From Eledone cirrhosa (lineage: Eukaryota): DNA of 64,000 nt. The notes below the pieces were generated by a model that was given only the letters and a program-made list of their open reading frames with translations, did not search any database and had not been told where the DNA came from. The DNA lies in NCBI GenBank assembly GCA_964016885.1, contig OZ024740.1, positions 157,480,001-157,544,000 on the forward strand, read 5' to 3'. Made by a program: the position numbers and the translations under genes. This document shows positions 61,301 through 64,000 of the stretch, one piece after another (positions within the stretch are counted from its first letter, which is position 1; each line of letters begins with the position of its first letter).

Positions 61301-61996
61301 AAGTATAAGACCCTCATAGAACTGGACATGAAAGGAATTTGCCCATTATACAGGAGAAAATCATGGAATAGCTTAGATAGGGCTAGACATAAGATAGGGA
61401 AAGCCACCTCATGGTACGACAACCAGAGATACGAGAGTGTCATGTTTGTGGACGCTACTCCTGGAGGGAAATTAGCTAACCAGTGTAGAAAGGCCCCGAG
61501 AAAGACCCACTTAAAAATTAAGGTGGTAGGAAAGCCAGGAACCACCATAAAATCCCTGATCAGTAAAACCTACCCTTTTAAGAAAACCCACTGTACCAAT
61601 AGGAAATGTATCATATGTAAGGTAAACCCCCGGATAAACTGTAAAACTAGAAACGTAGTCTATAGCATAAGATGTACAGAGGGTACCTGCCGAAAGATGA
61701 CAACAACATACATAGGTGAGACAGCTCGTAGCATAGGTGAAAGGATAGACCAACACTGGGGGGAACTAAAAGGACGAAAAAACGGGTCAGTACTATACGA
61801 GCATGCCAGACAACAACATGACGGTAACGTAGACAACATAGAAATTAGAATAATATCTAAACATAGAAATGACCCAGTAGATAGGCAAATCAGAGAGGCC
61901 AGTGAAATAGAACTTAGAAGACCAAGACTAAACAGAAAGAATGAATGGAATAACAACAACACCCAAACAAACAACACTGACCTAAGAGAAGTATAA
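58367..61996 (+). pseudogene. Disrupted PLE RT plus GIY-YIG ORF with an Asn-rich insert
   Basis: Consecutive ORF segments 58367-58651, 58757-59203, 59200-60072 (in-frame TAG), 60097-60537 and 60575-61996. Confidence 0.85.
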
Positions 61997-62257
61997 ATAA
62001 GTAAATAAAATAAAATAAAATAAATAAATAAATAAATAAATAAATACATACACAAGCACAATAACAACAAACACATAAACACACATTAGTCACCCAATCA
62101 CGAACACACATCACACATCAAACAAAACACTATACACACACGCAAACGCATGCGCAAAGAAGACAAAATAAAATAAACAAACAAGCAAATAAATAAATAT
62201 ATAGACAGACTGAATAAAAATGGCATAGCCATACAATTCAACAGGAGGAAACAATAG

Positions 62258-62305
62258 CACCACTGACGATGTTGCAGATGTGCAACGAAAGATTTATGAT
62301 AAACT
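62258..62305 (+). ncRNA. Hammerhead motif upstream of the 3' end of the Neptune-like element
   Basis: acca-CTGACGA-tgttgca-gatg-tgcaac-GAAA-gatt-TA-tgat; stems I and III are mildly degenerate. Confidence 0.65.
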
Positions 62306-62517
62306 ATATATATGTGTTTGTGTCTATATTGTATCTGTATTATTTTTGACCGTCGGTCAGTCAATGGCAACATTGAGGACCGAGTATATTAGATTACCGA
62401 TATAAAAGACACAGAAGCGAAAACCAACCAAACAGTGAGTGTATTCTGTTATTAATTCTGGCAATATTACACAAATATGACCCTCCCCAAGTATAATATA
62501 TATATATATATATATTT

Positions 62518-62712
62518 AGGAACCGGTAAGACCCCGACGGCTGAGCTCAAGCCGTTTCGACGGCTAATTCTGAGTCCAGAATGTGCCGTCGAAACGGCTT
62601 GAGCTCAGCCGTCGGGGTCTTACCGGTTCCTATTACCCACTCTACTACCCCAAGTATTGAGTACTTTGGTGCGTTATGGTCCACCTGGTTCCTTACCATA
62701 TTTCCTTCGTTA
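62518..62712. mobile_element. Short fold-back plus tail, same family as 10740-11090
   Basis: Arms ~62518-62572 and 62577-62632 each carry GAAAcggcttgagctcagccGTC. The tail contains GAGTAC. Confidence 0.75.
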
Positions 62713-62720
62713 TATATATA

Positions 62721-62789
<69 letters not shown>

Positions 62790-62955
62790 TGGTGGTATGA
62801 ACGAAAAAAGAGAAGAAATGAAAAGAAGAAAAGAAGAGAATCCTTCGTCAGCTGTAATCCGCGATGAAGATGTTTCGGTGCTTATTTACAGGACATCTAT
62901 AAGCGATCAGCGGTGCGCCCAAGGCCTTTTCTTAATCAAAAGGCCAAGAGGAAAA

Positions 62956-63021
<66 letters not shown>

Positions 63022-63511
63022 ATATATATATATATATATACATACATAATACATACATACACACACATACACATAAATACATACATACACACTTATACAT
63101 ATGCTATAATCGACATCTACCTACTTGTCATATCTGAGTTATATTTAAACTCATTTCAGAAATGACAGCAGCCATACTGTGGTCCTAAAGTCTAACTCGG
63201 GTTTTATTGCTTAGGTTTTCAATAACTGATATACGCTCTACATACCGTTTCTTTGATTCTTCATTACTGTTTCGATAGCAACGTAAAAGAAGAATTTAAT
63301 GGGGCAGAAAACGCAAACTATCGTAGAAATAAGTTATGTTATCTATAAAACCAAAATGTAGACAAATCAAAGAAAGAAAAAAGATAGCATTCATTATACT
63401 TGTACCAAGCGCTTTAAGTTGTATATATGTTCTTATTAGCGGCTAATCTTCTTTTTATAAAGATCATTTAAAGCCCACACCGGATTACTGATCATATCTA
63501 TGGGACGTTGT

Positions 63512-63571
<60 letters not shown>

Positions 63572-64000
63572 ATAATGGCTGCATCTCATTTTCGAGAATT
63601 GCCATCCCTAGACCTTTTCCTCATATATGGGTAGCACGAACATGACTTTTTTGGCCCTTCCAAGGACTTAGATTCCTTTCTGCATTTGTTTCAATAAAAG
63701 AAGAAGATAAAGCTATGCTCACGTAACACACGTGTAAGTCATTTAGATCAAGTGTTCCCTGTGCTTGAATTTTTTTACGTGAAGGAATGCTCTGTTCTAG
63801 ACCAATCACACCCTCTGAACAACAGTAAGAGATATCCAAAAAGCAAAACAAGTCAACATCATAGGCGGCCATCGAATCGCAGTTTTCCTTCTCCCTGAAT
63901 GAAATCTTAACAAGAACTAGGAGTCTTCTACTCCCGGTGAGCTACCAAATAGAGTATTTCCATGTTCTCGAACACACACACACACACACACACACACACA

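Larger units (their letters stand above)
58071..62497 (+). mobile_element. Penelope-like element (Neptune-like) with inverted 5' pLTR, disrupted ORF and 3' pLTR
   Basis: 58071-58213 is an inverted copy of ~58307-58449, and 58214-58390 recurs at ~62330-62497. ORF pieces show TDKSG, KDHK, MDVVSLYPSI, GAAIG, RYVDD, a C-x4-C-x2-C linker, VVY..C..C..YIGET and H...H. Flanked by (TA)n. Confidence 0.9.

Noticed and set aside
53785-61996. Selenocysteine recoding as in some Naiad PLEs, or programmed frameshifting
   Set aside because: The endonuclease is C-terminal, interruptions are TAA/TAG or indels rather than TGA at Cys positions, and the homologous copy at 29360 has no shift at the same site.
62858-62915. 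Hammerhead-like CTGATCG...GAAA on the minus strand
   Set aside because: The core and stem III are too degenerate to call.

Overview
AT-rich, microsatellite-saturated animal genomic DNA. The repeat landscape and SINE types suggest a cephalopod, probably Octopus (inference). Most ORF-track entries are (TA)n/(CA)n/(GA)n artefacts. Real content: (1) a minus-strand host gene missed by the ORF track, whose two GT-AG exons (36994-36875 and 16083-15859) join across a ~20.8 kb intron to encode a 10-cysteine prokineticin/colipase-fold peptide; (2) three large Penelope-like retroelements (PLEs, RT plus C-terminal GIY-YIG) and several relics, mostly sitting in (TA)n; (3) many short non-coding cassettes inserted in microsatellites, built as an inverted repeat with a type-I hammerhead ribozyme motif and a single-copy tail carrying a GAGYRC motif, from several unrelated sequence families; (4) fragments of R4/Dong, RTE, L1/Tx1, CRE-like and Jockey/CR1-like LINEs, Tc1/mariner, hAT and Tigger elements and MITEs, Helitrons, many tRNA-derived SINEs and a 33-bp minisatellite. 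All calls were made by eye with no database searches, and boundaries of degraded repeats are approximate.
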